Positions 9,434 to 19,772 of a DNA stretch of 64,000 bases are shown piece after piece. Origin of the DNA: an uncultured Armatimonadetes bacterium (lineage in GTDB: Bacteria; Armatimonadota; Hebobacteria; Hebobacterales; Hebobacteraceae); assembly GCA_963716175.1 (NCBI GenBank), contig OY970296.1:2304001-2368000 (forward strand), written 5' to 3'. Position 1 is the stretch's first letter, and the number at the start of each line of letters is the position of its first letter. Made by a program: the position numbers and the translations under genes. Under the pieces are notes generated by a model. That model had not been told where the DNA came from and did no database searches. It worked only from the letters and a program-made list of their open reading frames with translations.

Positions 9434-10606
9434 ATGCCTAACCCGGCTTTCGACCAACGCACCAAGGAGCTGCTCGATTCCCTGCTGGCATCCGGCCAGC
9501 ACAAGTATCTCCAGCACCTCACCGGCGCGATGGGCCCGACTGTCAACATCGAGGGCCGGGGAGAGGTGATTTGCCTCTGCTCCAACAACTACCTGGGCCT
9601 GGCCCGGCACCCCGAGGTGATCGCCGCCGGAATCGCGGGGCTGCGCCAGTATGGCGCGGGCACCGCGTCGGTCCGCTTCATCTGCGGCACCCTGGTATGT
9701 CACCGTGAGGTCGAAGCAGCCATCGCCCGATTTGTGGGCACGCCGGCCGCCCTCACTTATGTGAGCTGCTGGAACGCGAATGAAGCGCTCATCCCCACCG
9801 TCGCGGGCGAGGAGGACGCGATCATCTCGGACGAGCTGAACCACGCCAGCATCATTGACGCCAGCCGGCTCACCCGCAAGACCGAGCGCGCCATCTTCAA
9901 GCACGGCGATATGGAGGACCTGGAGGAGAAGCTCAGGCAATCCGCGCAGAAGGCCTGCCGCTGGGTGGTCACCGACGGCGTCTTCAGCATGGAGGGGGAC
10001 CTGGCCAATCTCCCGGTCATGCGCGACCTGTGCCGCCGCTACCAGGCCATGCTCATCGTGGACGATTCCCACGGCGTGGGCGTGCTCGGGGCAGGGGGCC
10101 GAGGGACGCCCGAACACTTCGGGCTGCTGGGCCAGGTTGATGTGCTCACGGGCACCTTAGGCAAGGCGCTGGGCGGAGCCGCCGGCGGCTATGTGGCGGC
10201 CGCGCCGCATGTGGTTGATCTGATGGTGCAGCGCAGCCGCCCCAGCCTGTTCTCGAACGCGCTTCCGGCCACCGTGGCCTGCAGCGCTCGCAGGGCGATC
10301 GAGATCATCGAGCGCGAGCCCCGGCTGGTGGAGCGGCTGCACCAGAATGTGAAGCTGATGCGCGACGGTCTGCGCGACCTCGGCTTCGACTGCGCTGATT
10401 CCCCCACCGCCATCATCCCCATTATCATCGGCGATGATGCTCAGGCCCTCGCCCAGAGCCGGCGCCTGCTGGAGCTGGGAGTCTGGGTGGTGAGCTTCAG
10501 CTTCCCGGTCGTCCCGCGCGGCCAGGCGCGGCTCCGGGTGCAGGTCTCGGCTGCCCTGGAGCAGTCGCATATCGAGCAGGCCATGGCGGCCTTCGCGAAG
10601 CTGTAG
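9434..10606 (+). CDS. kbl: Glycine C-acetyltransferase
   Basis: CSNNYLGL, ASVRFICGT, DELNHASIID, TLGKALGGA. Confidence 0.92.
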   Translation: MPNPAFDQRTKELLDSLLASGQHKYLQHLTGAMGPTVNIEGRGEVICLCSNNYLGLARHPEVIAAGIAGLRQYGAGTASVRFICGTLVCHREVEAAIARFVGTPAALTYVSCWNANEALIPTVAGEEDAIISDELNHASIIDASRLTRKTERAIFKHGDMEDLEEKLRQSAQKACRWVVTDGVFSMEGDLANLPVMRDLCRRYQAMLIVDDSHGVGVLGAGGRGTPEHFGLLGQVDVLTGTLGKALGGAAGGYVAAAPHVVDLMVQRSRPSLFSNALPATVACSARRAIEIIEREPRLVERLHQNVKLMRDGLRDLGFDCADSPTAIIPIIIGDDAQALAQSRRLLELGVWVVSFSFPVVPRGQARLRVQVSAALEQSHIEQAMAAFAKL

Positions 10607-10627
10607 GGGCGGGGTTCATCCCTCCCT
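10603..10627 (+). repeat. GTAG-type REP-like palindrome
   Basis: GTAG plus GGGCGGGG..CCCTCCCT imperfect stem; its TAG is the kbl stop. Confidence 0.5.
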
Positions 10628-10691
10628 TTGTGCAGGACGCCGACGCTCACCGTGGAACTGATTCTCAGCCGGCAGAACCGAGGAGGCTTGC

Positions 10692-11378
10692 ATGCGCCTG
10701 GTGAATCGTGACAGCCTGGTTGCCACACTCGACCGTGTGAACGACGCGTTCTTCTATGGTAGGCCGCTGTCCGCGGTGGAGCGGAAGGACGTCGCGGCCT
10801 GGATCGCGAGCCGGCGCGGGCGGCCGCGCGCCTATGCCGGCATGTTCGCTCCCACCGAGCACGACTTCCGCGCGGGCGCGCAGGTCTTCACCGGCGAATG
10901 GATCCGCTCCGGGGCCGGGCTGGCGCATGTCTTTGGCCAAGAGGCGTGCCGTGCGCTCATTCTGCTGGACTCGCACCAGCCGGTGGTCGAGCAAGCGCTG
11001 CGGGAGGCCAGCGCCGGCATGGTCCAGCGGCTGGCCGAACTGGAATCCCGTGGTTACTCAGCAGGGATGTACTGCTGCCGCAGGTGCAGCGTGGCCCTCT
11101 GGCGTCATCTGGCAGCAGGCGGGCTGGCGCACGGAGAGCGCCGACTCGCCGCCGGCATGGGAGTGCTGAGGTCGAGCCGAGGGGACAACGGGCGATGGCG
11201 GACCTTTCCCTTCTACTACACTCTCTTCGCCCTCAATGACATCAAGCTCCGCTCGGCCCTCGAGGAACTCCGGTTTGCCGCCCCCGCGCTCGAACGTGCG
11301 CTCACGCGCGCCCCCAAGGCGGACAGCTTCGATCAGCGCCGCCGCACCCTGGCCGAGCGCGTCCTGGCCAGGTGCTGA
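10692..11378 (+). CDS. Hypothetical protein (CCRRC motif, FPFYYTL)
   Basis: 228-aa ORF with AGGAGG RBS and coding-like codon usage. Confidence 0.75.
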   Translation: MRLVNRDSLVATLDRVNDAFFYGRPLSAVERKDVAAWIASRRGRPRAYAGMFAPTEHDFRAGAQVFTGEWIRSGAGLAHVFGQEACRALILLDSHQPVVEQALREASAGMVQRLAELESRGYSAGMYCCRRCSVALWRHLAAGGLAHGERRLAAGMGVLRSSRGDNGRWRTFPFYYTLFALNDIKLRSALEELRFAAPALERALTRAPKADSFDQRRRTLAERVLARC

Positions 11379-11519
11379 GACCAGTCCAGACCCTCCCGCC
11401 CTCCTCGCCCTGACGTTCGCCTACCTATGACGGCGAGGAGTTCCAGGGCGAGGACGCCGTGCTACTCGTCCCCGGACACGGGTGAGTGTGACCGACCCGA
11501 AGGGCCTTCCGCCGATGAG

Positions 11520-11548
11520 GAGGCCCCGGCCGAGCAGGCCGGGGCCTC
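11520..11548. terminator. GC-rich hairpin between convergent genes
   Basis: GAGGCCCCGGCC-GAGCA-GGCCGGGGCCTC perfect 12-bp stem; no clear U tract. Confidence 0.55.
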
Positions 11549-11582
11549 TACGCGCTGAGAGGGCCAGATCAGCTAGTTGTTC

Positions 11583-11608
11583 GTAGGGGCGACCCTCTGC
11601 GGTCGCCC
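11583..11608 (+). repeat. GTAG-type REP-like palindrome
   Basis: GTAG-GGGCGACC-CTCTGC-GGTCGCCC. Confidence 0.65.
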
Positions 11609-11612
11609 GATA

Positions 11613-12902
11613 TTACTGCCAGTGACCGTGCAGTGAGCTCACGTCCCAAGAGAGCGCATCCGCCGAGGGGCGCGCCTTCAAGATCGCAGCCTTCTTCCCG
11701 GCCACCGCTTGCTTTCTGCCCCGCGCCGCCTTCTTCGCGGGGGCGCGCTTGAAGTTGCGAGGGCCTATCTTCATGTCCATACTCACCCCGCCGCAGGTGG
11801 GCAGCCAGAGGGTGGTAGTCTCATAGCCCCCCGGCACGTCTCGCCGCTTCTCGATGGACTTCACGCGGGAGAGGCCCGGCAGGGCGCGATCCACCCTCAC
11901 CTCCGGCACCGGGAATCGCGCCAGCAGGTAGTCGAGGTCGGCCCGCTCCTTCTGGTACTTGATCAACTGCGCCAGGGCCACGAAGCGGAAGAGGCCCTCC
12001 AGCTCCAGGTAGATGGGCCTCTTGGCCGCAATCTCCTGGTAGTGGGCGCCGAAGCCCTCGGCGAAGCGCTGCGCCAGCGGGTCAGGCCTCTTCAGGCCGG
12101 TGAGTCCTTCCCGCGTCAGGTGCTGCTCCTCGGTCAGCAGCACCACCGGGCATTCCTCGATCGTGACCACGCCGTCGTCTTCCCTGAAGCTCAGCTTCCC
12201 GGGGTAGAACCAGAAGCGGTTCATGGATGATCGCGGCAGCGAAGGAGGGCGATTGCGCTCCAGATCCTCCCGCGCCAACGCCATCTTGATGCTTGCGAGG
12301 CCGGTGAAGCCGGGGATCCCCAGTTCCAGAGAGCCATCCGTCAGTCTCTTCATGAGGTAGTCGGCGTCCACCATGACCTTGGCGAAGTGGGTGTCAAAGG
12401 GCACCCCCATCACCCGCACCTTCTGGGGCTCCGCGCAGGTGTCGCACCAGTCATCCATCTCCTCACCCAGCTCGTCGGACTGGGCGATCTCGCTCAACCG
12501 CTGTATCACTCGTGGGTCTGGATCTATGGAGCATCCGGGCTGTGAGTAGTAGAGAGCGCCTACCTGGCGCGTGGCATACCGCAGCCAGGCGCTGCGCAGC
12601 GCCACCGCCAGGTCTTCTACCTGCAGAGGCGGGGCCGCCGGGTCCACTTCGCCCAGCAGGATCAAATCTCGGCCCTTCTCGTCGGCCACGTAGCCCGCTA
12701 CTCTGGTGATGCCGCACAGGTGCAGCAGCTCCGCTCTGTCCTCGCCTTTCGGCAAAGACCCCCTCAGTCGAGACTGTAGCACCTTCAGGGAAACGGCTCT
12801 GGTCTGAGCCGAAGGAAGTGCGGCTTGAGTCACGTCGGCCCACGGCCCAGCGGCCGCCGCGAAGACCCACAGCAACAGCACAAGCGTACCGATCCGCCTC
12901 AT
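11613..12902 (-). CDS. Secreted DUF1598-like protein
   Basis: Signal peptide; CSIDP, GVPFDTHFAKVMVDADYLMKRL, RFWFYP motifs. Confidence 0.7.
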   Translation of the reverse strand: MRRIGTLVLLLWVFAAAAGPWADVTQAALPSAQTRAVSLKVLQSRLRGSLPKGEDRAELLHLCGITRVAGYVADEKGRDLILLGEVDPAAPPLQVEDLAVALRSAWLRYATRQVGALYYSQPGCSIDPDPRVIQRLSEIAQSDELGEEMDDWCDTCAEPQKVRVMGVPFDTHFAKVMVDADYLMKRLTDGSLELGIPGFTGLASIKMALAREDLERNRPPSLPRSSMNRFWFYPGKLSFREDDGVVTIEECPVVLLTEEQHLTREGLTGLKRPDPLAQRFAEGFGAHYQEIAAKRPIYLELEGLFRFVALAQLIKYQKERADLDYLLARFPVPEVRVDRALPGLSRVKSIEKRRDVPGGYETTTLWLPTCGGVSMDMKIGPRNFKRAPAKKAARGRKQAVAGKKAAILKARPSADALSWDVSSLHGHWQ

Positions 12903-13096
12903 GCCTGAACCCCTCTCGCGCCTGGCTCGTCAGCAGACTCCAATGCTGCACCTGCACTAATCTCTTCCATGCCAGGGCTGGCAAGTGCAAGAAACCGCGG
13001 AGCCGCGACGAGAAGGAGGAAGCTTGCGGCAGGAGGTGAGGATCTCGTTTCCCAGGCGCTCGGGCACCGCCCGGAGGACCGGGAGGCAGCAGACCC

Positions 13097-13633
13097 CTAG
13101 GTCACTCGCTGCTGCTTGGTCCGCGGCCGGAGTGGCTTCTGCGGCAACGCCTTGCCGAAGGCGCGCACCAGCTCGATGCGGCTGCCAGCGCCCTCCAGCC
13201 TGATGGTGACCTGCCGCACCTCCTCCGCGGAGGCCACTGCCAGCAGGTAGCGCTTGCCGTCTTTGTCCGAGATCAGTTCCGGCTTGGGCTTGCCGGGCAG
13301 CCGGGCCGAGTAATCTTGGGCCACCTGCTCCGGCGCGTCCGGCGTCGTCAGCACCGCGGAGGCGTAGTAGGTGATGCGCTTCCCCTGCTTGGTGCGGACC
13401 CGGTAGAGGAAGCTATCCCCCACCTTCGCACCTGCATAGAACGGAAGCATCAGCTCCTTGACGCCGGCCGCGGGCTCGTACTCCACCACCACCTGGGTCC
13501 CCTCCAGCATGATCTGCTCGCGCACCGGCTTGCGCTGGGGAGCGGCCACCAGCCAGCAGAAAACGCCGGCCATGGCGGCCACGGTCGCGAGCCAGAAGAT
13601 CGCCCGGCGCCTAGGAGGATTGCGGGATGGCAT
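13097..13633 (-). CDS. Hypothetical membrane-anchored protein
   Basis: N-terminal hydrophobic helix; immediately downstream of rpoD. Confidence 0.7.
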   Translation of the reverse strand: MPSRNPPRRRAIFWLATVAAMAGVFCWLVAAPQRKPVREQIMLEGTQVVVEYEPAAGVKELMLPFYAGAKVGDSFLYRVRTKQGKRITYYASAVLTTPDAPEQVAQDYSARLPGKPKPELISDKDGKRYLLAVASAEEVRQVTIRLEGAGSRIELVRAFGKALPQKPLRPRTKQQRVT

Positions 13634-13645
13634 CCGTCGGCTCTG

Positions 13646-15492
13646 TCAGTCCAAGTAGTCGCGCAGCTTGCGGCTTCGGCTGGGATGCTTCAGCTTCTTG
13701 AGCGCTTTCGCCTCGATCTGGCGAATGCGCTCTCGGGTCACTTTGAAGATGCGCCCCACTTCCTCGAGCGTGCGCTGATAGCCGTCATCCAGCCCGAACC
13801 GGAGCTTCAGGACATCCCGCTCGCGCTCGGTGAGGGTGTCGAGCACGGCCTCGAGCTGCTCCCGCAGCACCAGGGTGGAGGCGGCGTCAGCCGGAGAAAC
13901 CGCGTCTTGGTCCTCGATAAAGTCGCCGAGGTGGGAGTTCTCCTCCTCCCCGATGGGTGTCTCCAGGGAGAGCGGCTCCGGCGCGATCCGGAAGATCTCG
14001 GTTACCCGCTGCACCGCCTTCTGCCGGTCTTCGGGGGTCTCGAAGGGCCCCTCCATCTCCTCCGCGATCTCCTCCCAGGTCGGCTCCCGGCCCAGCTCCT
14101 GATGAAGGTGCCTAGAGATCTTGACCAGCTTGTTGATGGTCTCGACCATGTGCACGGGGATGCGGATGGTGCGTCCCTGATCGGCAATGGCGCGGGTAAT
14201 GGCCTGTCTGATCCACCAGGTGGCATAGGTGGAGAACTTGAACCGCTTGCGATAGTCGAACTTCTCCACCGCCCGGATCAGTCCGATATTCCCTTCCTGG
14301 ATGAGGTCGAGGAAGGACATGCCGCGGCCGCTGTACTTCTTGGCGATGCTCACCACCAGGCGAAGGTTGGCCTCGGTGAGCTGGTGCTTGGCGGCGCGGC
14401 CCTCGTCCAGGATCCTGCGCGCCCAGTCCAGGACCTCCTTCGTCTTCGCCGCCGGCAGATCGGTGGCCTTGGCGATCTCCTGCAGCGTGGGCTCGCGGGG
14501 AGGGGTTCCCACTCGGCGGTTGGCCACTGTCAGCACGCGCAGATGGCGCCGAAGCTGCGCCGGTGGGATCGCCAAGATGGCGGGAGCGTCATAGCGCCCG
14601 ACGGTGTCCTCCTCCTCCGGCGGCGGCGCCTCGTCTTCGCTGCGGGCCTCCGCGCGGAACTGCTCCCACACATTGCGCACGAAGAGATCGTGGCGCAGCC
14701 TCCGCAGCTGCAGCCGCCGGCGCAGGCGCCGGTAGAAATCGCCTCGCTGCCGCGACTCCGCCAGCGCGCGCTGCAGCTCGCTCTTGCCGATCCGGCTCCC
14801 CTCTTCCTCCGGCGCGGCATAGTCACGCAGCAGCAGCATCCGCTTGGTCTTCAGCTCCTCGAGGCGGTGCTGGAGATAGGTCTGCACTCCCTCATGGATG
14901 CGTGGCGCAGGCAGGGCCTCGACCACGGTGCCCCGGGCCAGCAAGCGCTTGAACACGTGGTCAATGACCTCTACTTCTGCCCGCAGATCGGAGTCGGAAA
15001 CGCTCTCGATGGCCTCCGAGATATCTGACAAGCGCGGTTCCCGGCCCAGCACGTTCAGGCTGTAGTCCCAAATCGCCTGCAACTTGGAGAGGATGGTGGC
15101 GCGCTCCAGGCGCTTGGCGAGCTCGACTTCCTCCTCCGGGGTGAGGAGCTGGACCCGCCCGATCTCGCGCAGGTACATCCGCACCGAGTCATCGGGCGGA
15201 ATCCCCTCCACCGAGGGCAGTTCTTCCTCGGGCGCAGCTACCGCCGTCCTGGTCCCGCGGTGCTCCGGCGCGCGCGCTCCACCTCGCGCTCCTGCTCCTC
15301 CGTTTTCTCTATCACCCGGATGCCCTCATCTCCCACCATCTGCAGGATGTCGTCCAACTGATCGGGATCAACCTGCTCGTCCCCGAGGGTATCGTTGATC
15401 TCCGCGTAGGTCAGAACGCCGCCCTGCTTGCGCCCCTGTTCGAGCAGCTTCTGGACTTCCTCAGACTCTCTCAGGTCACGACGTCGCAACAT
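13646..15492 (-). CDS. rpoD: RNA polymerase primary sigma factor (frameshift in GC run ~15268-15277)
   Basis: Region 1.1 ([15 protein letters not shown]), 1.2 ([11 protein letters not shown]), 2 ([26 protein letters not shown]), 4 ([12 protein letters not shown]); follows dnaG. Confidence 0.95.
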
Positions 15493-15548
15493 GATTCCAC
15501 CCTGCGCCTGGGTCGCTCAACCACTCTCGTGGCGCGCCAGGAGCACAC

Positions 15549-15680
15549 CTAGAGCGCATTTCATAACCTACCTGCTGGCTGGCCGCACCACGCCCTCGCA
15601 TGAAATGCGCCTGCCACGGCCTGACGTTGTGCAGTGCTGTTTCATAACCTCCCCTGGGAAGGTTATGAAACAGCTTCTAA
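15549..15680 (-). mobile_element. MITE-like repeat family A, copy 3 (inverted), between dnaG and rpoD
   Basis: Reverse complement of 7006-7137 with very few mismatches. Confidence 0.9.
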
Positions 15681-15779
15681 CCGCTTTCGGCTTCGACGCC
15701 CCTCCGCCCGCAGCCTCTTCTTCTTTCCCCATCTCCTCCAGACCTGTACCCCGAGCGGACAAGCCCCAGCCCCGCTTGC

Positions 15780-17627
15780 TCACTCCTCCCCAATCAGGCG
15801 CTGCCCCGCCAACTGGGAACGCTGCCGCCGGGACTCCGTCAGCTCCCGCAGGATGGCTTCCCGCTCCTGCTCCGATTCCACCTCTTCCAGCCGCTGGCGC
15901 AGCGCCGACTCCTGCCGCGATAGGCGCGCTTCGATGACCCGAGCCACCGCGCCCGCCACCGACTCCTCTACCCGTTCCTCTATCCCCTCTCGCAGCAACA
16001 GCTCGGCCAGCTCCTCTCTTGCCTCTGGGTCGAGCTGCGCCAGCACGGCCTGCGCGGTGACTGGCTGGCCTGCCTCGACCAGCCTGCGAATCACCAGCAG
16101 TATGCTGCGCTGCCCACCCCCAAAATCATCGGGCTCCAGCTTGGGCCCGTAGCCGACCGCCAGCTCCCCGTGTCTGATCAGCGCCGCCAGCAGATCAGCC
16201 TGCATCCGGCTCCCGCTCGGCCGGCCGGGCGCCTGCTTGTTGACAGACTCCCCACTACTCTGAGTATACCCCGTTCGGCGCCCGCTCTCGCCCCTCCTTG
16301 CGAGCGTTCCCGCCAATTCCTCCCGCACCGCGGCTTCCATCTTCGCCAGGTGGGAGGGCGAGCCGCCGCCCCCTTTACCAGCTAACCACCGTATGTAGTA
16401 TTCCCGTTCTACGCCGGCCGGTAAGCGCGCCAGGGCCGCTACGGCCTCCTGCATGGCCTCTATGGCTATTGGCTCCCCGGCAGGGCTATCTCCTGACACT
16501 GGAAGGCGTCGCAGGATGCGGCTCAGCTCCCATTCGATCATCGGCACCGCGGTGGAGACCAGCTTCCGGAACGCCTCCGCACCCTGCTCCCGGACCACGC
16601 GGTCCGGGTCGAAGGCATCGGGCAGAGTCACCACCCGCACCGCCAGCCCCGCTTGCTGGAACAGGTCGCGGCCGCGCAGCGCCGCCGCCAGCCCCGCCGA
16701 GTCGGCGTCGAACGCCAGCACCAAGCGGCTGGCCCGCCGGCGCAGCAGCTCCACGTGATCCGGCGTGAGGGCGGTGCCCATGGTGGCCACCGTCTCCGCG
16801 AAGCCGGCTTCGTGGCAGGCAATGGCGTCCAGATACCCCTCCACCACGATGGCCTGGCCCGCCTCGCCCATCGCCCGCCGGGCACGATCGAAGGCGTAGA
16901 GGGTGTGGCCCTTCTGGAAGAGCGGACTGTCGGGGGAGTTGATGTACTTGGCCGACTGATCGTCGCCCAGCGCACGGCCCCCGAAGGCGATCACCCGGCC
17001 AGTGCTGTCCCAGATCGGGAACATCACCCGATCCCGGAACCGGTCGTAGAAGCCGCCGTCCTCCCGCGGCACCGCCAGCCCGCCCCGAGCCAGCTCTTGC
17101 CCGGAGTACCCGCCTCTGGCCATCGCCGCCAGCAGCCCATCCCAGGAGCCTGGCGCATAGCCGATGCTGAAGCTCTCAATGCACTCCATGGAGAGACCAC
17201 GCCGCTGGAGATAGGCCGCAGCCTGCCTGCCAGCCGGCGCTCGTAGCTGGGCCCGGTAGAACTCGCAGGCTGCGGCGTGGAGGGCCAGCAGGCGCTCCCG
17301 ATCCCGCTGCCGCGCGGCCTGCGCCGGCCGCCTGGGCGCGACCCCGAAGCGCCTGGCCAGCATCTCCACCGCCTCGGCGAAGGTGACCTTCTCGATCATC
17401 TCTACGAAGCGGAAAAGGTCGCCGCCGGCCTTGCAGCCGAAGCAGTGCCAAAGGCCGGTCTCGGGGTCCACGGTGAAGGAGCCGGTGCGCTCCTGGTGAA
17501 ACGGACACAGCCCTACCAGGCGCCGCCCGGCCTTGCGCAGGGCGACGTGCGGAGAGATGATCTCCACGATATCGGCCCGCCGACGGATCTCCTCCAGGTC
17601 GTAGCCGCCCCCGGCCATCCCACTCAC
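15780..17627 (-). CDS. dnaG: DNA primase
   Basis: CPFH..CFGC zinc ribbon, DRFRDRVMFPI, KYINSP, VEGYLD TOPRIM. Confidence 0.97.
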   Translation of the reverse strand: MSGMAGGGYDLEEIRRRADIVEIISPHVALRKAGRRLVGLCPFHQERTGSFTVDPETGLWHCFGCKAGGDLFRFVEMIEKVTFAEAVEMLARRFGVAPRRPAQAARQRDRERLLALHAAACEFYRAQLRAPAGRQAAAYLQRRGLSMECIESFSIGYAPGSWDGLLAAMARGGYSGQELARGGLAVPREDGGFYDRFRDRVMFPIWDSTGRVIAFGGRALGDDQSAKYINSPDSPLFQKGHTLYAFDRARRAMGEAGQAIVVEGYLDAIACHEAGFAETVATMGTALTPDHVELLRRRASRLVLAFDADSAGLAAALRGRDLFQQAGLAVRVVTLPDAFDPDRVVREQGAEAFRKLVSTAVPMIEWELSRILRRLPVSGDSPAGEPIAIEAMQEAVAALARLPAGVEREYYIRWLAGKGGGGSPSHLAKMEAAVREELAGTLARRGESGRRTGYTQSSGESVNKQAPGRPSGSRMQADLLAALIRHGELAVGYGPKLEPDDFGGGQRSILLVIRRLVEAGQPVTAQAVLAQLDPEAREELAELLLREGIEERVEESVAGAVARVIEARLSRQESALRQRLEEVESEQEREAILRELTESRRQRSQLAGQRLIGEE

Positions 17628-17706
17628 CTCGTCCCCGGCGGCCCGCGCAGGGCGGAGCCGCCAGCGATCACTTCCATTCAGGGCAGGCGGATACCTGCGG
17701 ATGATA

Positions 17707-17779
17707 GCGGGCGTAGGCGGCTAGGCCTTCGACCGCCATGGCGGCCTGCGTAGCAGGCCTAGCCACACGCCCGCCCTAC
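17707..17779 (-). repeat. GTAG-type REP-like long palindrome
   Basis: GTAGGGCGGGCGT..GGCTAGGCCT....AGGCCTAGCC..ACGCCCGC; its TAG is the nfo stop. Confidence 0.6.
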
Positions 17780-18645
17780 AGCGGCCGGCCGGCCAACTCC
17801 CGGGCGCGCCGGATGTTGCGAGCGTCGTCCTCCGGCCTGTCCAGTGGCGTCTCCAGGATGGCGCAGCGATCCTGAAGCGCCCGCCGGCGGAGAAAAGCGC
17901 GGAATCCCCGGTCGCCGATGGTGCCCCTGCCGATGTGCTGGTGGCGGTCCAGTTGGCTGCCTGCGGCGCCTCGGGAGTCGTTGAGGTGAATCAGCCGGAG
18001 CCGATCCAGACCCAGGATGGCGTCGAACTCCCGCAGAGTCCGGCCCACCCAGCGCGCGCTGTCGAGGCGATGCCCGGCGGCGTGTGCGTGGCAAGTGTCG
18101 AAGCAGATGCCCAGCCGCGGCTCGCCGTCGAGCCTTTCCAGCAGCCGGGCGAAGTGGCGCCAATCGGTACCCAGCCGATGCCGCCCGGCTGCATTCTCTA
18201 ACCAGAGGTCAACGCCCGGCGGCGCCTCCGCCAGGAGACCGCGTATGCTCGCGGCCAGAGTGGCGATGGCCCCTTCGGCTTCCTCACCCACGAAGTACCC
18301 GGTGTGCATGTTGACCGCGCGGCTGCCCAGGGCTGCCGCCCGCTCCATGTCGTCCGCGACCACGCGGCGCGACCGGGCCAGCAGCTCCGGATTCGGGGAG
18401 GCGAGATTCACGAGGTAGCAGGAATGCACCACCAGAGGCCCGATGTGATACTGGGCCAGAAGCTGCTCGAACTGCGCGGTCTCACGCTCCGCGTAGACGC
18501 GGCCCCGCCAGCCGCGGGCATTGCGGACGAAGATCTGGAGGCACTCACAGCCGATGGCATGGGCGTGCCGCGCGGTCTGCACCAAGCCTTTGCCCACAGA
18601 AACGTGGAACCCGATACGCACTGGTGTCGCCCCCCAGCCGGTCAT
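17776..18645 (-). CDS. nfo: Endonuclease IV
   Basis: IGFHVS, HSCYLVNLAS, LENAAG, CFDTCH, HLNDS, DRHQHIG. Confidence 0.92.
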   Translation of the reverse strand: MTGWGATPVRIGFHVSVGKGLVQTARHAHAIGCECLQIFVRNARGWRGRVYAERETAQFEQLLAQYHIGPLVVHSCYLVNLASPNPELLARSRRVVADDMERAAALGSRAVNMHTGYFVGEEAEGAIATLAASIRGLLAEAPPGVDLWLENAAGRHRLGTDWRHFARLLERLDGEPRLGICFDTCHAHAAGHRLDSARWVGRTLREFDAILGLDRLRLIHLNDSRGAAGSQLDRHQHIGRGTIGDRGFRAFLRRRALQDRCAILETPLDRPEDDARNIRRARELAGRPL

Positions 18646-18710
18646 CCCCCCAAGCTGTCATCCCGGGCGAAGCGATGAATCCTGGTCACTGGAACGACCG
18701 TTTGCCGCCG

Positions 18711-19772
18711 TCATTCGTCGCGCCGCGCCTGCCCTGCCCGTTCCACCCACTCCATGATCTCGCGCGGCTGGGGGCTGTGCACACCGACGAACCGGGAAAC
18801 GACTCCGCCGGCCGCGTTGGCCAGGGCGGCCGCCTCCAGGCAGTCTGCGCCTGCGCCCAGCGCCAGCGCGGAGGCGGCGCTGGCGGCATCACCGCAGCCC
18901 GTGCTGTCGCCCACCGCGCCCGGCTCCGTGGTAGCGGCGACGTGGTGCACCGCCCCATCAGGGCAGAAGACCGCGATGCCCCGCTCCCCGCGGGTGATGA
19001 ACACGATATCCGCCTCCAGACGCTCCCGAAGCAGCCGGCCCGCGCGCAGCACCGTAGAGGGCAACGGCCCTACCTCCACCGGCCCTGTGGCCTCCGCCCC
19101 GGGCCCGTCGTTGGGTCCGGCTGCAGCGAGGGCCTCCGACTCGTTCGGGCTCACCAGACAGGCGCCGCGGAAGAGATCAATGTTGACCGGCTTGGGGTCA
19201 GCGCAGAATGGGATCTTCGCCGCTCGCGCCTGCGCGATCAACTCCGGCGGCAGCGCCGTCTGCGAGAGCACGCCCTTGGCGTAGTCCGCCACCAACACCA
19301 CCTCGGCCCGATCCAGCCCCGCGCGGATGCTATCGCACAGCCGATCGGCGACGGAGGGCGGAACCGGATCGGTCGCCTCGGTGTCAATGCGTAGCAACTG
19401 CTGCCGGCCAGCGATAATCCGCATCTTGTGGGTGGTGGGGCGACTGGAGTCGGTAAGAATGGAGGAGACATCGGCGCCTCGGCCCACCAGGTCGGCCACC
19501 AGCCGCCTCCCCAGACCATCGTCGCCCACCACTCCGATCACCTGCACCGCCGCTCCGAGACCGAGCAGAATGGCGGCGACGTTTCCGGCCCCGCCCGGCT
19601 TCTCGGCCCGCGCTTCCCCCGTGAGCGGCATCTTGACCACGGGAATGGGGGCCTCGGGCGAGATGCGGGTGACGCTTCCGAACACCCATTCATCCATCAT
19701 CAAGTCGCCCACCAGCAACACCCGGCGGCCCGTGAAGCTCCGCAGCAGTTGCCCGGCGCGGTCAGCCCTCAT
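18711..19772 (-). CDS. D-glycero-beta-D-manno-heptose-7-phosphate kinase domain (RfaE/HldA-like)
   Basis: GDLMMDEWVFGSVTRISPEAPIPV, PGGAGNVA, DYAKG, TGCGD. Confidence 0.88.
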   Translation of the reverse strand: MRADRAGQLLRSFTGRRVLLVGDLMMDEWVFGSVTRISPEAPIPVVKMPLTGEARAEKPGGAGNVAAILLGLGAAVQVIGVVGDDGLGRRLVADLVGRGADVSSILTDSSRPTTHKMRIIAGRQQLLRIDTEATDPVPPSVADRLCDSIRAGLDRAEVVLVADYAKGVLSQTALPPELIAQARAAKIPFCADPKPVNIDLFRGACLVSPNESEALAAAGPNDGPGAEATGPVEVGPLPSTVLRAGRLLRERLEADIVFITRGERGIAVFCPDGAVHHVAATTEPGAVGDSTGCGDAASAASALALGAGADCLEAAALANAAGGVVSRFVGVHSPQPREIMEWVERAGQARRDE

